The notes beneath the pieces are model-generated. The model was not told the origin of the DNA. It ran no database searches and saw only the letters and a list, made by a program, of their open reading frames with translations. A stretch of DNA of 64,000 bases, from NCBI GenBank assembly GCA_963733035.1, contig CAVTBU010000005.1, forward strand, positions 1,952,001 through 2,016,000, given 5' to 3'. Positions 1 through 10,974 of this stretch are shown here, piece after piece. Both the position numbers and the translations under genes were made by a program. Every line of letters begins with the position of its first letter. Position 1 is the stretch's first letter. The DNA is from Pirellulales bacterium (GTDB taxonomy: Bacteria > Planctomycetota > Planctomycetia > Pirellulales > PALSA-1355).

Positions 1-1
1 C

Positions 2-121
2 GGCGACACGCATCAGCCGTCGGATTCGTCGCTCTATTTCACCGATCGCGAAGCTACGCACGTCTGGCGGCTACCGAGGAGCATGGAAACGGATCCGGCC
101 AAACCGGAAATCGCCTGGTAA
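2..121 (+). CDS. 3' end of a gene entering from the left edge, possibly a BNR-4 repeat-type protein
   Basis: Open frame GDTHQPSDSSLYFTDREATHVWRLPRSMETDPAKPEIAW* ends TAA at 119-121, just upstream of the co-oriented Dabb gene. Family call is from resemblance of the C-terminal tail only. Confidence 0.4.
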   Translation, partial: GDTHQPSDSSLYFTDREATHVWRLPRSMETDPAKPEIAW

Positions 122-165
122 TTTCCCAATCGCAACAGAACGCTGCAACGGAAGAGAGTTAAACG

Positions 166-558
166 ATGCAAAAGTGGATTGGACTAGTAGTCGTGGCGGC
201 CGTGCTTACGACGTCAACCGCCGTTTTGATTGCCCGAGCTGACGAGGATCCCAAAGTGATCCGCCACATTGTGCTCTACAAGTTTAAAGACGATTTGAAA
301 CCCGGCGAAGTGCAGGAGGTGATTGATACGTTTGCTGCCTTGCCCAAGAAAATCCCAACCATCATGGACTTCGAACACGGTACGAACGTCAGCCCTGAGG
401 GAAAATCAGAAGGCTTGACCCACGCATTCGTGGTCACGTTTGCCGACGAGGAGGGCCGCGACATGTACCTCAAACACCCGGCACACCTGGCTTACGTCGA
501 CGTCGTCAAGAACAGGCGTGAAAAGGTTGTCGTGTTTGACTACTGGGCCGACGAATGA
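166..558 (+). CDS. Dabb family (stress-responsive A/B barrel) protein with N-terminal signal peptide
   Basis: IRHIVLYKFK, GTNVSPEG..GLTHAFVVTF, YLKHPAH and VFDY motifs; hydrophobic N-terminus. Confidence 0.9.
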   Translation: MQKWIGLVVVAAVLTTSTAVLIARADEDPKVIRHIVLYKFKDDLKPGEVQEVIDTFAALPKKIPTIMDFEHGTNVSPEGKSEGLTHAFVVTFADEEGRDMYLKHPAHLAYVDVVKNRREKVVVFDYWADE

Positions 559-1370
559 TCGCCAGCGTTTTAAGATGGCTGACCATTCTCATCGCCTGCT
601 CCGTCGTCCTGTTGCAATACGCAGGTGGCGCATGCCTTGCCGAAATGCCTTCGGTCACACGACTGCGGGTGCTGTCATACAACATCCATCACGGCGAAGG
701 CGTTGACGGCAAGCTCGACCTGGAACGGATCGCCGCGGTCATTCGCGGCGCTGAGCCCGACCTTGTGGCTCTGCAAGAGGTCGATCGCAACACGGCGCGA
801 ACGAAGCATGTCGATCAGCCCCGGCAGCTCGGGCGATTGACAGGCATGCCGGTTGTCTTCGGCCGCAACATTCCTTACGAGGGGGGTGAGTATGGCAATG
901 CCGTGCTCTCGCGGCGGCCAATCAAACGGCACGAGAATCACCCTCTGCCCTCCCTCGGACCGGGTGAGCGGCGCGGCGTTCTGGAGGTTGAAATCGAACT
1001 TGCCGACCGTCGACCACTACTGTTCTTTGTCACGCACTTGGATCATCGAATGGCCGACCGCGAACGAATTGCATCGGCCAAGGCGATCAACGAGCAAGTG
1101 TCGAAATCCAACACTTCATTGGCGATCCTGGCGGGTGATTTGAACGACTTTCCGCAGAGCGAGACGCTACGCATCTTTGGACGGGCCTGGCGAGTCCCCC
1201 AAGAACAGCCGCTGCCAACCGTGCCGGCCGACCAACCGCGACGACAGATCGACTTTATCCTGGTACGTCCTCAGCAGGGTTGGAAGGTCGCGGACGTGCG
1301 AGTCCTTGACGAGCCAGTGGCGTCGGACCACCGCCCCCTATTGGCAACGTTCGAATTGCCGTTGCCGTAG
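555..1370 (+). CDS. Endonuclease/exonuclease/phosphatase family protein, probably exported
   Basis: SYNIHHG, LQEVD, THLDH, GDLND, IDFI and SDHRP motifs; ATGA overlap with the upstream gene. Confidence 0.92.
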   Translation: MIASVLRWLTILIACSVVLLQYAGGACLAEMPSVTRLRVLSYNIHHGEGVDGKLDLERIAAVIRGAEPDLVALQEVDRNTARTKHVDQPRQLGRLTGMPVVFGRNIPYEGGEYGNAVLSRRPIKRHENHPLPSLGPGERRGVLEVEIELADRRPLLFFVTHLDHRMADRERIASAKAINEQVSKSNTSLAILAGDLNDFPQSETLRIFGRAWRVPQEQPLPTVPADQPRRQIDFILVRPQQGWKVADVRVLDEPVASDHRPLLATFELPLP

Positions 1371-1418
1371 GCTCATCAATGCTGCTTTTCGGGTTAGAAC
1401 CTTACAATCGGGTGCTTC

Positions 1419-2081
1419 ATGCCGGCGATGATTTTTGACCTCGATGGGACGCTCATCGATACGGTCTACGGACACGTGCTAGCCTGGCAACGGGCGTTTG
1501 AGGAAGAGGGAATGGCCATCGACGGCTGGCAGGTTCATCGCCGTATTGGAATGAGCGGCGGGCTCTTTGTGCGAGCCGCCGCACGAGAGCTGAATCGGAC
1601 GCTCACGCCCGCGGAGGTCAAACACCTGCAGGACAAACACAGCAGCTATTTTCGCGAGTTTCTGCCTACGCGGCGACCGCTCCCGGGAGCGGTCGAACTC
1701 CTGGAACAGCTCGGTAAATTGAACGTCACGTATGGCATTGCCACTTCCGGCCGGCGGCCAGACATCGATGCTTCGCTGGCGGCTCTGAACATTCCGAGCC
1801 ACATCGTCGTGATCGAGCGCGGCGACGTCGAGCGGGCCAAGCCCGAGCCCGATTTGTTTCTGGCCTGTCAACGGAAGCTGGGCGTCGAGGCGTCCGATTG
1901 CTACGTCATCGGCGACGCTGTCTGGGACCTATTGGCCGCCCGCCGTGCCGGCATGCTGAGTGTTGGGCTACTCAGTGGCGGTTACGGCGAAGACGAACTC
2001 GCCCGGGCCGGCGCGTTCCGCGTCTACCGCGACGCGGCCGAGCTTCTGGCCTCGCTCGATGAATTGGGCGTACTCAGGTAG
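1419..2081 (+). CDS. HAD-superfamily hydrolase (phosphatase)
   Basis: FDLDGTL motif I, ATSG motif II, KPEPD and IGDAVWD motifs III/IV. Confidence 0.93.
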   Translation: MPAMIFDLDGTLIDTVYGHVLAWQRAFEEEGMAIDGWQVHRRIGMSGGLFVRAAARELNRTLTPAEVKHLQDKHSSYFREFLPTRRPLPGAVELLEQLGKLNVTYGIATSGRRPDIDASLAALNIPSHIVVIERGDVERAKPEPDLFLACQRKLGVEASDCYVIGDAVWDLLAARRAGMLSVGLLSGGYGEDELARAGAFRVYRDAAELLASLDELGVLR

Positions 2082-2212
2082 ATTGAAACGACTCCAATCG
2101 AAGCTGCTCGTTACTTTCGGGTTGGCTAGGCAACAACACGTTGTGTCTGAAACGACCTTGCCCTCGCGTATATTGGGCCGCAATCGCTTGCCGAAATCGA
2201 ATCTCGCATCAA

Positions 2213-3432
2213 TTACTCACCGGCGAACATCGCTCGCGGGATTTGAAATCGGATGGGCTCGCTCCCGCTAAAGCCAGACGCGGGCAACTCGAGCCGCAGA
2301 TACTCGCTCGACTCCAACGGGGGATCGAAGAGCAGTTCCCTTTGAACCGTTTTACTGGGACCGACGGCCGGGCTAGCTGACAGATCGACTTGCGCGGCCG
2401 AAAGCCGTACGGCCGGCGTCTGAGGAAAGAAGTTACCAGCCTGGTCAGTAAGCGTGGCGGTGGCCGTGGCCGATTCGAGTTGGCCGCCCAGCTCGCTCCC
2501 CTTGAGCAGATCGCTCACACCGCTGGGCAGACCGGCAACCGGTCCATTCCAGCCGGGGACCGAAATCACCTTGTCCTTCGTCAGGTTCTCGATCGAAATG
2601 CTCACGTGCAGCATCGGCTGGGGCTTGCTACGCCGCATCTGCGTCAGATCGAGGCTCTCCAAACGAACTTGCTGAATGTCGACGCGCCAATCTTAACGCG
2701 AAGTGGTCCTTGTTCGACAGCTTCGCTGGCGTCGGTCCACACCGGCTCGGGAGGTATTTCAAGTTCCGGTTCTCGTGCGTCGGATGGCGGAGCGGGAGCA
2801 GGCGCGGTTTGCACGATCGTCGGCGGTGGCGTCAATGGCGTCGCCACGGGCGTCGGACTCGAAAACATTCCGAACTTGATCCCCAGCACGACAGTGAGTG
2901 CGAGTCCCACCAGCGAACTGCTAGCCGTGGCCACATTCAGATAGAGACCAACCCCGCCATGCATGGCAGCCAATACCAAGCCCAAGATTCCCAGTAGCAG
3001 TCCAATCCCGCCGACAACAATTCCCATCCATCCCAGCAGCGAGTCGAGCAGGGGCAGCCAACAGCTTGCCAGCGCCAGGATCCCGAAGATCAAGCCCACG
3101 GCGCCGACAAGTTTGCCGGCCAGCGACGGAGTGTCCGGCGATATCTTGGCGACTTGTGAAATGGAGCCCACAGGCACTCGCGCCAGCGGCGTTGCAACGG
3201 GCGGTGGCAAGGGTGGCGCCGCGACCGGAACGACCTTTGGCGATGCCTCGCCCTGTGGCTTCGCGGGAAACAGGCCCTGCACTCGTCCCGCGGTAGTCCA
3301 ATTCCCTTCGGCGCCCAAGCGCACCTGCGATGCGGGACCGATTTTCCCTTCGCCGGCCAGTTTCTTCAGTTGGGCGGACGTCAGTGGTCCATACTGCTTG
3401 CCACCGTGTTGCAGGTACCACTGGTGTGCCAT
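2213..3432 (-). CDS. GYF_2 (DUF4339) domain membrane protein; one apparent frameshift near 2660
   Basis: N-terminal WYLQHGGKQYGPLTSAQLKKLAGEGKI...W GYF_2 pattern, three hydrophobic helices and a Pro-rich linker. The C-terminal soluble domain continues in ORF 2213..2662. Confidence 0.75.
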
Positions 3433-3546
3433 TGACCCGCCCCTCGCTTGGACCCTGTGGCGAGCAGGCGAACGCGACTGCCAACACCACCCGGCGCGTG
3501 TCAGTTTAAGCGGCCTCATATGCCGGAGCAATCGACCGCCCGCCGC

Positions 3547-4632
3547 CTAGGTCCGAGGTTCGGCCACGCTGCCGCGGTTCAAAGCGTCGATCAACTGCCG
3601 CAATCGGCCCAGACTGCGGCGGTTGAAGCGGAACACCAGGCGGGAGTACTCCGCCAGATCGGGCTCGTCCTTTTCCTCGGGGAGCGGCCCGCTGACTTTG
3701 AACTCACCGCCGTTGAGAATGTCGGCGAACTCGGTGTTGATGTCGGCCAACATGCCCTCGCTGGGCGCCGCTTGCAAACGCAGCACGAGTTTGTTCTTCA
3801 CGTACCGCATACTGTGGTAAACCTTGAAGAATTGCAGGATCTCGGCAACCGCTTCTTCGACGCTATCGGTCAGCATGTAAAGCGAGAGGTCATCGGGCGA
3901 AATCATGCCATCGGCCAGTAGTCGCTTCTCAACATAAAGCTGGAAGTCCTGCCAAAACCTGCCGCCTGGGGCGTCGAGAAAGACCACCGGCACCATGTCG
4001 CGTTTGCCGGTCTGCAAGAGCGTCAGGACTTCGAGGCCCTCGTCGAGCGTCCCGAAGCCACCCGGCAACAGGCATACGGCGTCGCATTCCTTCACGAACA
4101 TCAATTTGCGCGTGAAGAAGTATTTCATGTGCACAAGCTTCGTATCACCGGCGATGACCGGATTGGCATACTGCTCGAAGGGAAGCATGATATTGAGTCC
4201 CATCGAGTTTTCGCGTCCGGCGCCGACGTGCCCGGCCTCCATGATGCCGCTGGCGGCGCCGGTGACGACCAGCCACTTCTGGTCGGCCATCGCCCGTCCG
4301 AACTGCACGGCCTGCTGATAGGTTGCCTCGTCGGGCCGGGTGCGAGCCGAACCGAAAACGGTCACTTTTCGCCGCGAACGATAGGGCGTGAAGACCTTGA
4401 AGGCATAACGCAACTCGCGCAACGTGCGACTGAGGATCTTCAGATCACCACGCGACGTTTCGTCCACGGCCAACTTGTCGGCCGACTGCTTGATTTGATC
4501 GATCAGATCCACGACCCGAGATCGCTCGGTGGGACTGATCGCGCCATTTGCCGAAGTGATTTTATCTTTAAGATTCGAGACAGCGTCCTCGGCTGCCTGA
4601 GAAACAGCGTCATCCTTGGGAAGATCCGCCAC
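3547..4632 (-). CDS. LOG family (TIGR00730-like) nucleotide-binding protein, long form
   Basis: [24 protein letters not shown] and PGGFGTLDE motifs; GTG start at 4632 with GAGGA upstream. Confidence 0.9.
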   Translation of the reverse strand: MADLPKDDAVSQAAEDAVSNLKDKITSANGAISPTERSRVVDLIDQIKQSADKLAVDETSRGDLKILSRTLRELRYAFKVFTPYRSRRKVTVFGSARTRPDEATYQQAVQFGRAMADQKWLVVTGAASGIMEAGHVGAGRENSMGLNIMLPFEQYANPVIAGDTKLVHMKYFFTRKLMFVKECDAVCLLPGGFGTLDEGLEVLTLLQTGKRDMVPVVFLDAPGGRFWQDFQLYVEKRLLADGMISPDDLSLYMLTDSVEEAVAEILQFFKVYHSMRYVKNKLVLRLQAAPSEGMLADINTEFADILNGGEFKVSGPLPEEKDEPDLAEYSRLVFRFNRRSLGRLRQLIDALNRGSVAEPRT

Positions 4633-4863
4633 GCGGTTGTCCTCACATTTCCAGAAGAGAACCAAGCGGTGCTGGCCCCGTGCCAGCACCAACGTTCATT
4701 TTGATTCGTTTCCTGCAATTATACCCCATCGTCGGCGAATGGACCGAATTTCGTGCCGTTTTCACGCCCGATCTGGGGCGGGCACGCGGCTCGGTCAGCT
4801 TGTTCCATGTAGTAGAATCCTTCGACAGATCTCGCTTACCAGGAATTCACAACGCTCCGCTCG

Positions 4864-6613
4864 ATGTTTCGCATTCGACGCATCTACGACGACGCTCTAC
4901 CGGCCAACCGCCAATCGCTTCGCCAGGTGGCTTCCATCTTTCGCGCACAATTTTCGGCGCGCGTGCCGCCGACATCGACACGCTTCCCGAGCAACTGCGT
5001 GACCCACTCAAGCGAGGTTTGCGCACCATTCTCTACGTCGCGGAAAATACATCGCGCAACGTACAGGGCTTTGCAATCGTTCTACACGAACCGCAACTAC
5101 GGTTCTGTTACCTCGACTATCTAGCCACTGCGAAAGCGATCACCGGTCGCGGCGTTGGCGGGGCGCTCTACGAGCGGCTTCGCCAGGACGCGGTTGCGCT
5201 GGGAGCGAAGGGGCTGTTTCTCGAATGCCTACCCGACGAAGCTGCCGCTTGTCCGAATGAAGCGGAACGCAAGCACAACCGGGCTCGTATCCGGTTCTAC
5301 GAGCGCTATGGTGCCCGAGTCGTCACCGGCACGCAATATGAAGCGCCTGTGCGCGAGGGGGACACCGGAATGCCGCATCTGGTCTACGACGACCTGGGAC
5401 GGGGCGAGCCGCTTTCACGTTTGTTTGCCAAATCGGCCGTTCGGGCGATTCTGCAGCGCAAATACGGTTACCTCTGCCCGCCGGAGTACGTGTCTCGCGT
5501 GGTCAGCTCGTTTCGAGACGACCCGGTGCGGACTCGGCCGGTTCCGAAAGCGACGCCGGCGCCCGTGGCGGTATCGCCTCGGCCGTCTTCACTCGAACCA
5601 ATCGCGCTGGTGGTAAACCAGAAGCACGATATCCATCATGTCCGCGAGCGAGGATACGTCGAAGCGCCCGTTCGGATCAAATCCATTCTGACGGAAATCG
5701 AGCCGACGGGACTGTTCGAGACGCGGGAAGCACGACCCTTCGGGGAGCGGTATATCACGGCCGTGCATCATCGCGATTTCGTCGACTATCTGCGGCGAGC
5801 ATGTGCCGAAGTACCACCCGGGCGGAGCGTCTACCCCTATGTATTTCCGATTCGCAACCAGGCCCGACCGCCGCGCGACTTGTCAGTGCGTGCGGGCTAC
5901 TACTGCATCGACACGTTCACGCCGCTCAACCGGAACGCGTTTTTGGCAGCCCAGGGAGCCGTGAATTCGCGCTGGCAGCGGCGGATGAAGTGGCGGGCGG
6001 CCGTCCCTTGGCTTATGCGCTGGTACGTCCGCCGGGACATCACGCCGAGGCACGCGCGTTCGGCGGATTTTGCTACTTCAATAACGCCGCGATTGCCGCG
6101 CAGTTCTTGGTGCCGCATGGCAAGGTGGCGATACTCGACATCGACTATCACCACGGCAACGGACAGCAGGACATCTTCTACGAGCGTGATGACGTATTGA
6201 CGGTTTCGATTCACGGCCATCCGAGGTTTGCCTATCCGTACTTCAGCGGCTTTGCGGACGAGCGCGGCCATGGGCGAGGGAGGGGATTTAACCTGAATTT
6301 GCCATTGAGTGAATCCGTGAACGGCCCGCAGTATCGCGTGGCGCTGGAAAGGGCGATAACCGCATGCGCACGATTCCAGCCGGCCTTTTTGGTTGTCGCA
6401 CTTGGGCTCGACACCACGAAGGGCGACCCCACAGGCAGTTGGAGCCTGACGGCTAAAGACTTGGAAGCCAACGGACGGATGATCGGCGCGATGCAACTGC
6501 CAACACTTGTCGTTCAGGAAGGCGGTTACCGAACGCGAACCCTGGGAGGCAACGCGCGCCATTTCTTCCAAGGCCTGGTGGCTGGCAGAGCGGGCTCTCG
6601 CCCCCACCGATAG
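4864..6613 (+). CDS. GNAT-like domain fused to a histone deacetylase/acetylpolyamine amidohydrolase domain; two apparent frameshifts (~4960, ~5968)
   Basis: Starts MFRIRRIYDD. GNAT-like YLDYLA..TGRGVGGALY and FYERYG. HDAC motifs RPPGHHA, GFCYFNN, DIDYHHGNGQQ, VSIHG, GLD..KGDP and QEGGY. Three consecutive ORFs join into one ~580-aa protein. Confidence 0.85.
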
Positions 6614-6650
6614 AAAAAACGACCCGTTCTCGCCAGGGAGAACGGGCCGT
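6614..6650 (-). terminator. Intrinsic terminator for the small minus-strand gene (possibly bidirectional)
   Basis: ACGACCCGTTCTC-gccagg-GAGAACGGGCCGT stem preceded on + by AAAAAA (U-tract on -), lying between convergent genes. Confidence 0.75.
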
Positions 6651-6697
6651 GTGGCTTCCATTCGTAGATCAACAGCTTCCGATTCCGGTGACGTACT

Positions 6698-6943
6698 TCA
6701 GGCTGAGGGGCGACGGTAGTGCTGGTAGGCCAGAATCACTTCGTACAGGTCGGTTGAAATCGTGACTTCGTCGTCTTCGAAGTCGCGAAGCCAAGTCCGT
6801 TCGTTTCGCACGGCATCGGCCAGCAGCGGCAGAATTTCGCCCAGCGGAACGGTTACCTGATCCTTTGTGTCCTTTGCCGTGCTGATGGTGGCACTGGCGT
6901 CGCTTTGTGGTCCGTAGTACACACGCAGTTGGCTTCGAGCCAT
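6698..6943 (-). CDS. Small hypothetical protein (81 aa)
   Basis: AAGGAA RBS, protein-like composition (VTVPLGEILPLLADAV..TWLRDFEDDEVTISTDLYEVILAY), own terminator. Confidence 0.8.
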   Translation of the reverse strand: MARSQLRVYYGPQSDASATISTAKDTKDQVTVPLGEILPLLADAVRNERTWLRDFEDDEVTISTDLYEVILAYQHYRRPSA

Positions 6944-7664
6944 AGTGACGTTTCCTTACGTCTTGGGGCCTCGTGGTTGAGAGCCGGCTCCCGAATCGCT
7001 CCGACCTCGGAGCAGTCAGTTGGGCTCCGCATGCGTGACATGCTATCGCTGCCCACCCCTGTCGCCATGGAATATCGGCAAAACGCGTGCTGAGGGTTTG
7101 ATCTAATTGTCCGAACGTGCCGTTTTTTCTCACGAGCACCTCAAACGCCGATCGAACCCAACACAGCGGTCATTCGCGCAATAGGGGTTTTCTGGGTAGT
7201 CTGGATAAATTCGGACGAGTTGCGGTCCTAGTCCTGACATCTATATCAGTCGTGTCGGCAATCGTGGCCCTGTAAGGGCTCGGCGTCATCGCTCTGAGCT
7301 GCCGGCAAGTGCTCGATGTTCGGCGCTAGTGGACGTGGCTCGGATTTTGACTGCGTTTCGGATGTCTAATGCGAAGTTTCCATCGTACTCGTGAAGCAAA
7401 TGGCGAACGACAAGCCGAAGGCAGGTTTCGGCACATGGCGATGCTTCAGGCAGGATCATGGGAGTGCAATCAAAACGATATCGTTCCATGGGACGTCCGC
7501 GAACAGGTTTCGAACTTGTTTCTTCGCGCAAAGAGGGAGATCACACTAGCGGGACAACCGATCGCAGTGGGCCGAGGAGGTATTTGATGGACGTCGCACG
7601 ACGGTGAATTTCTTCCATACGCATGTCCGATTCCGGGCAGCACGACTTCTGTAGCTCGCCGTTC

Positions 7665-7694
7665 TTGACAATTGCTCCCCTCAGCGCTTAGATT
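7665..7694 (+). promoter_or_regulatory. Putative sigma70-type promoter for tex
   Basis: TTGACA (7665-7670), 18 nt, TAGATT (7689-7694), 70 nt before the ATG. Confidence 0.5.
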
Positions 7695-7763
7695 GCCAGA
7701 TTGGCAAGTCACGATCAGTAAAAACTTTGCGCCAAAAACCGCGGATCGACGCCGAAACTCTGC

Positions 7764-10348
7764 ATGGCTAGCAACACGATCGCCATCGATTTACGACCGG
7801 TGGCCCAGGCGCTGCAGCTCTCTTTGCGCAAGTCGAGAGTGTCGTCGAGTTGCTCGACGCCGGCAACACGGTCCCTTTCATCACGCGATATCGCAAGGAC
7901 CAGACCGGCGGGCTCGACGAAGAACAGATCCGCGCCATCGAATCGCGGCTGATCAAAATGCGCCTGTTGGCCGAGCGCAAACAGACGATCTTGCGATCGA
8001 TCGATTCGCAAGGCAAGCTAACGCCCGAGCTGGCGGCGGAGATCGAAGCGGCGGCCAGCACGAAGCGGCTTGAAGATCTTTACCTGCCATACAAACCGAA
8101 GAAGCAAACCCTGGCCACGGTCGCCCGCGAACGCGGTTTGGAACCGTTGGCCGACGAAGTTCTGGCGGCGAGTGGCACATGTGCCGATCTCGATGCTCGC
8201 GCGGCTGACTTCGTGAATCCCGACAAGGGGCTGAACAGCGCGGCCGACGTGTTGTTGGGAGTGGGGCACATCCTGGCGGAACTGATCAGCGAACAGGCCG
8301 ATCTGCGGCAGAAGCTGCGGCAAATTCTCAAGCGCAGCGGCAAGTTGGTGTGCACTCGCGGTGAAGGGGACGCCAAGATTGCCCAAGGGTTCCGCGATTA
8401 TTTCGAGTTCAACGACACGATTGATCGCGTGCCGGAACATCGCGTTCTGGCGATCAACCGAGGCGAGAAGGCCAAGGCGTTGCGTGTCAAGGTCGAAGCA
8501 GATTTGGACGCCATGCAAGCGCTCGTCGACGAGATGGTCTGCGCCGGACCACCCGCACGTCGAGTTCATTCGCGGCTGTGGACACGACGCGCTGGCGCGG
8601 CTCGTCTTTCCCAGCCTCGAGCGGGAAGTTCGCCGCGAATTGACCGATTGGTCCGAAGCCCACGCCGTGGAAGTGTTCGCGAAAAACCTCCGCAATCTAT
8701 TGCTGCAGAAGCCGGTGCGCAGCCGCCGCGTGTTGGCCATCGATCCGGGCTTCAAGAGCGGCTGCAAACTGGCGGCCCTCGATGAGTTCGGCAACCTGCT
8801 TGACCAGGCGGTCATTCATCTGGTGGGCAAAGCCGAGCGCAAACAGCAGGGCCGCGAGAAGCTGGTCGAGATGATTTCCAACCACGAACTAAGCCTGGTG
8901 GCCATCGGCAACGGCACGGCCTGCCGCGAGAGCGAAGAACTCATCTCGGAACTCTTGTCGGCGGAATTGGCCGACAAGGGCGTGGCCTACGTGATCGTCA
9001 ATGAAGCCGGCGCAAGTGTCTATTCGACGAGCCCGTTCGGGCGCGAGGAGTTCCCCGACTACGACGCCACGCTTCGCGGCGCGATCTCGATTGGTCGCCG
9101 CTTGCAGGACCCGCTCAGCGAATTGGTGAAAATCGACCCGGCCAGCATCGGCGTTGGCATGTACCAGCACGACGTAAAGGCCAAGCACTTGCGGGCTTCG
9201 CTCGATGCCGTGGTGGAATCGTGCGTGAACTTCGTGGGTGTCGACTTGAACACCGCCAGCCCCGCGCTGTTGCGATACGTGTCGGGTTTGAATCAGCTCA
9301 CCGCTCGCCGGTTGTATGACTATCGCTCGCAAAACGGCCCCTTCAAGAGCCGCGAACAGTTGAAGGAAGTGCCCGGCTTTGGCGAGGCCGCATTCGTCCA
9401 AGCGGCAGGCTTTCTCAAAATTGGCGACGGCGAGAATCCGCTCGATGCCACCTGGATTCATCCGGAAAGCTACGAACTGGCGGGGCAGGTGCTCGAAAAC
9501 ATGGAGTGCACCGTTGCGGATCTGGCTCAAAAGGAAACGACCGCGCGGATCGCCGAGCGGGCCGCCCAAGTGCGACTCGAAACGTTGTCCGCGCAATTCG
9601 ATGCTGGCGCCATGCTTCTACGCGATATTCTCGCACAGCTCTCACGACCGGGACGCGACCCGCGTGAGGACTTGCCGACGCCGATTTTTAAAAAGGGGGT
9701 CATCAAGCTCGACGATCTTTCGCCCGGCATGGAACTGCAGGGGACTGTGCTGAACGTCGTCGATTTTGGTGCTTTTGTCGACATCGGCCTGCACGACACG
9801 GGACTGGTTCATATCAGTCAATTGGCAAACAAGTATGTCAAGGACCCGCACGACGTGGTGTCGGTTGGTGACATCGTGAAAGTGTGGGTTCACGAGATCG
9901 ACAAAGACCGCCGTCGTGTGTCGCTGTCGATGATTCCGCCAGGAACCGAACGGACACCTCCCAAGCATCAGCGCCGCAAGGGAGACCGCCGCGGCAAGGG
10001 AACGGCCGGCCAGACGAGTGACGCCGCCGCTCCAGCCGAAGGGCAGACGACCGAGGCGGATGCCGGATCGGTTTCGCCGGCCGTCGATCGTACGCCAGGG
10101 CGGCCGCCGCGTCGCCGCGAACAGCGCCCGGGCGCCCCCAGCGGAGCGACCAGGAAGGTCGGCCCCCCAAACCGAAATACAAAGACCGTTCGTCGGGCGG
10201 CCGCAAACCTGCGAAGCCGCTCGTCCCGTTGACGAACGAAATGAAAGCTGGAAAAGCCCCTTTGCGGACCTTCGGCGATCTGAAACAATTCTTCGAACTG
10301 AAAGAACAAGACCCGCCGGCGGACGAAACGCCCTCGACGGACACATAG
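7764..10348 (+). CDS. tex: Tex (YhgF) RNA-binding transcription accessory protein with S1 domain; apparent frameshifts near 7830, 8540 and ~10150-10215
   Basis: GNTVPFITRYRK, LEDLYLPYKPK, AIDPGFKSGCK, IGNGTACRESE, NEAGASVYS, RRLQDPLSELVKIDP, GVGMYQHD, HPESY and S1 GTVLNVVDFGAFVDIG; tail KPLVPLTNEMKAGKAPLRTFGDLKQFF ends TAG at 10346-10348. Confidence 0.92.
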
Positions 10349-10411
10349 AACCCAAGTCGGACCCGCTCACCGCCAACACGCTCGGTGAGCTTGCCCGCCC
10401 CGCGGTTGCTC

Positions 10412-10894
10412 ATGGATTTCCAAGAACGCCTCCAGCGCGCCATTCAACGCGGACACCGAGCCAGTGATGCTGACGCGCGGGCCAAGGCCGAACAAGCGAC
10501 CAGCGAAGAAGAATATCGGCGGCTCCATTCACAATTTCGACTGGAATTGTCCGAGCACATCGAGCAATGTCTTCGCGCGCTACCGCGACATTTTCCCGGC
10601 TTCCGCTTCGAAACGCTGGTGGGCGACCGAGGCTGGGGTGCGGCAATCAGCCGCGACGACCTTGAACTAGATCACGGCCGGCGCACAAATCTCTACAGCC
10701 GCCTGGAAATTGTCGTGCGGCCGTTTTCCACCTCGCACGTGCTCGACCTCAACGCCAAAGGTACGATCCGCAACAAAGAGCTCTTCAATCGCGCGCAATA
10801 CCAGTTGCTCTCGGAAGTCGATCTGACGAGTTTCACCGAAACGATCGATCGCTGGGTGCTTGAATACGCGGAACTCTATGCCGCGAAAAGCTGA
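10412..10894 (+). CDS. Conserved-looking hypothetical protein
   Basis: Clean 160-aa ORF directly after tex with normal codon usage; no family recognised. Confidence 0.75.
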   Translation: MDFQERLQRAIQRGHRASDADARAKAEQATSEEEYRRLHSQFRLELSEHIEQCLRALPRHFPGFRFETLVGDRGWGAAISRDDLELDHGRRTNLYSRLEIVVRPFSTSHVLDLNAKGTIRNKELFNRAQYQLLSEVDLTSFTETIDRWVLEYAELYAAKS

Positions 10895-10974
10895 TCCCGC
10901 CGCACGCTGGCCGCAACCGTTCCGGGCAGGTTCATCCAAGTTGGACCCAATCGAGATGGAAGCTGGCAGCGTTG

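Noticed and set aside
7576..7607. Strong GGAGG followed by ATG
   Set aside because: It opens only a 6-codon ORF upstream of the tex promoter; there is no other support.
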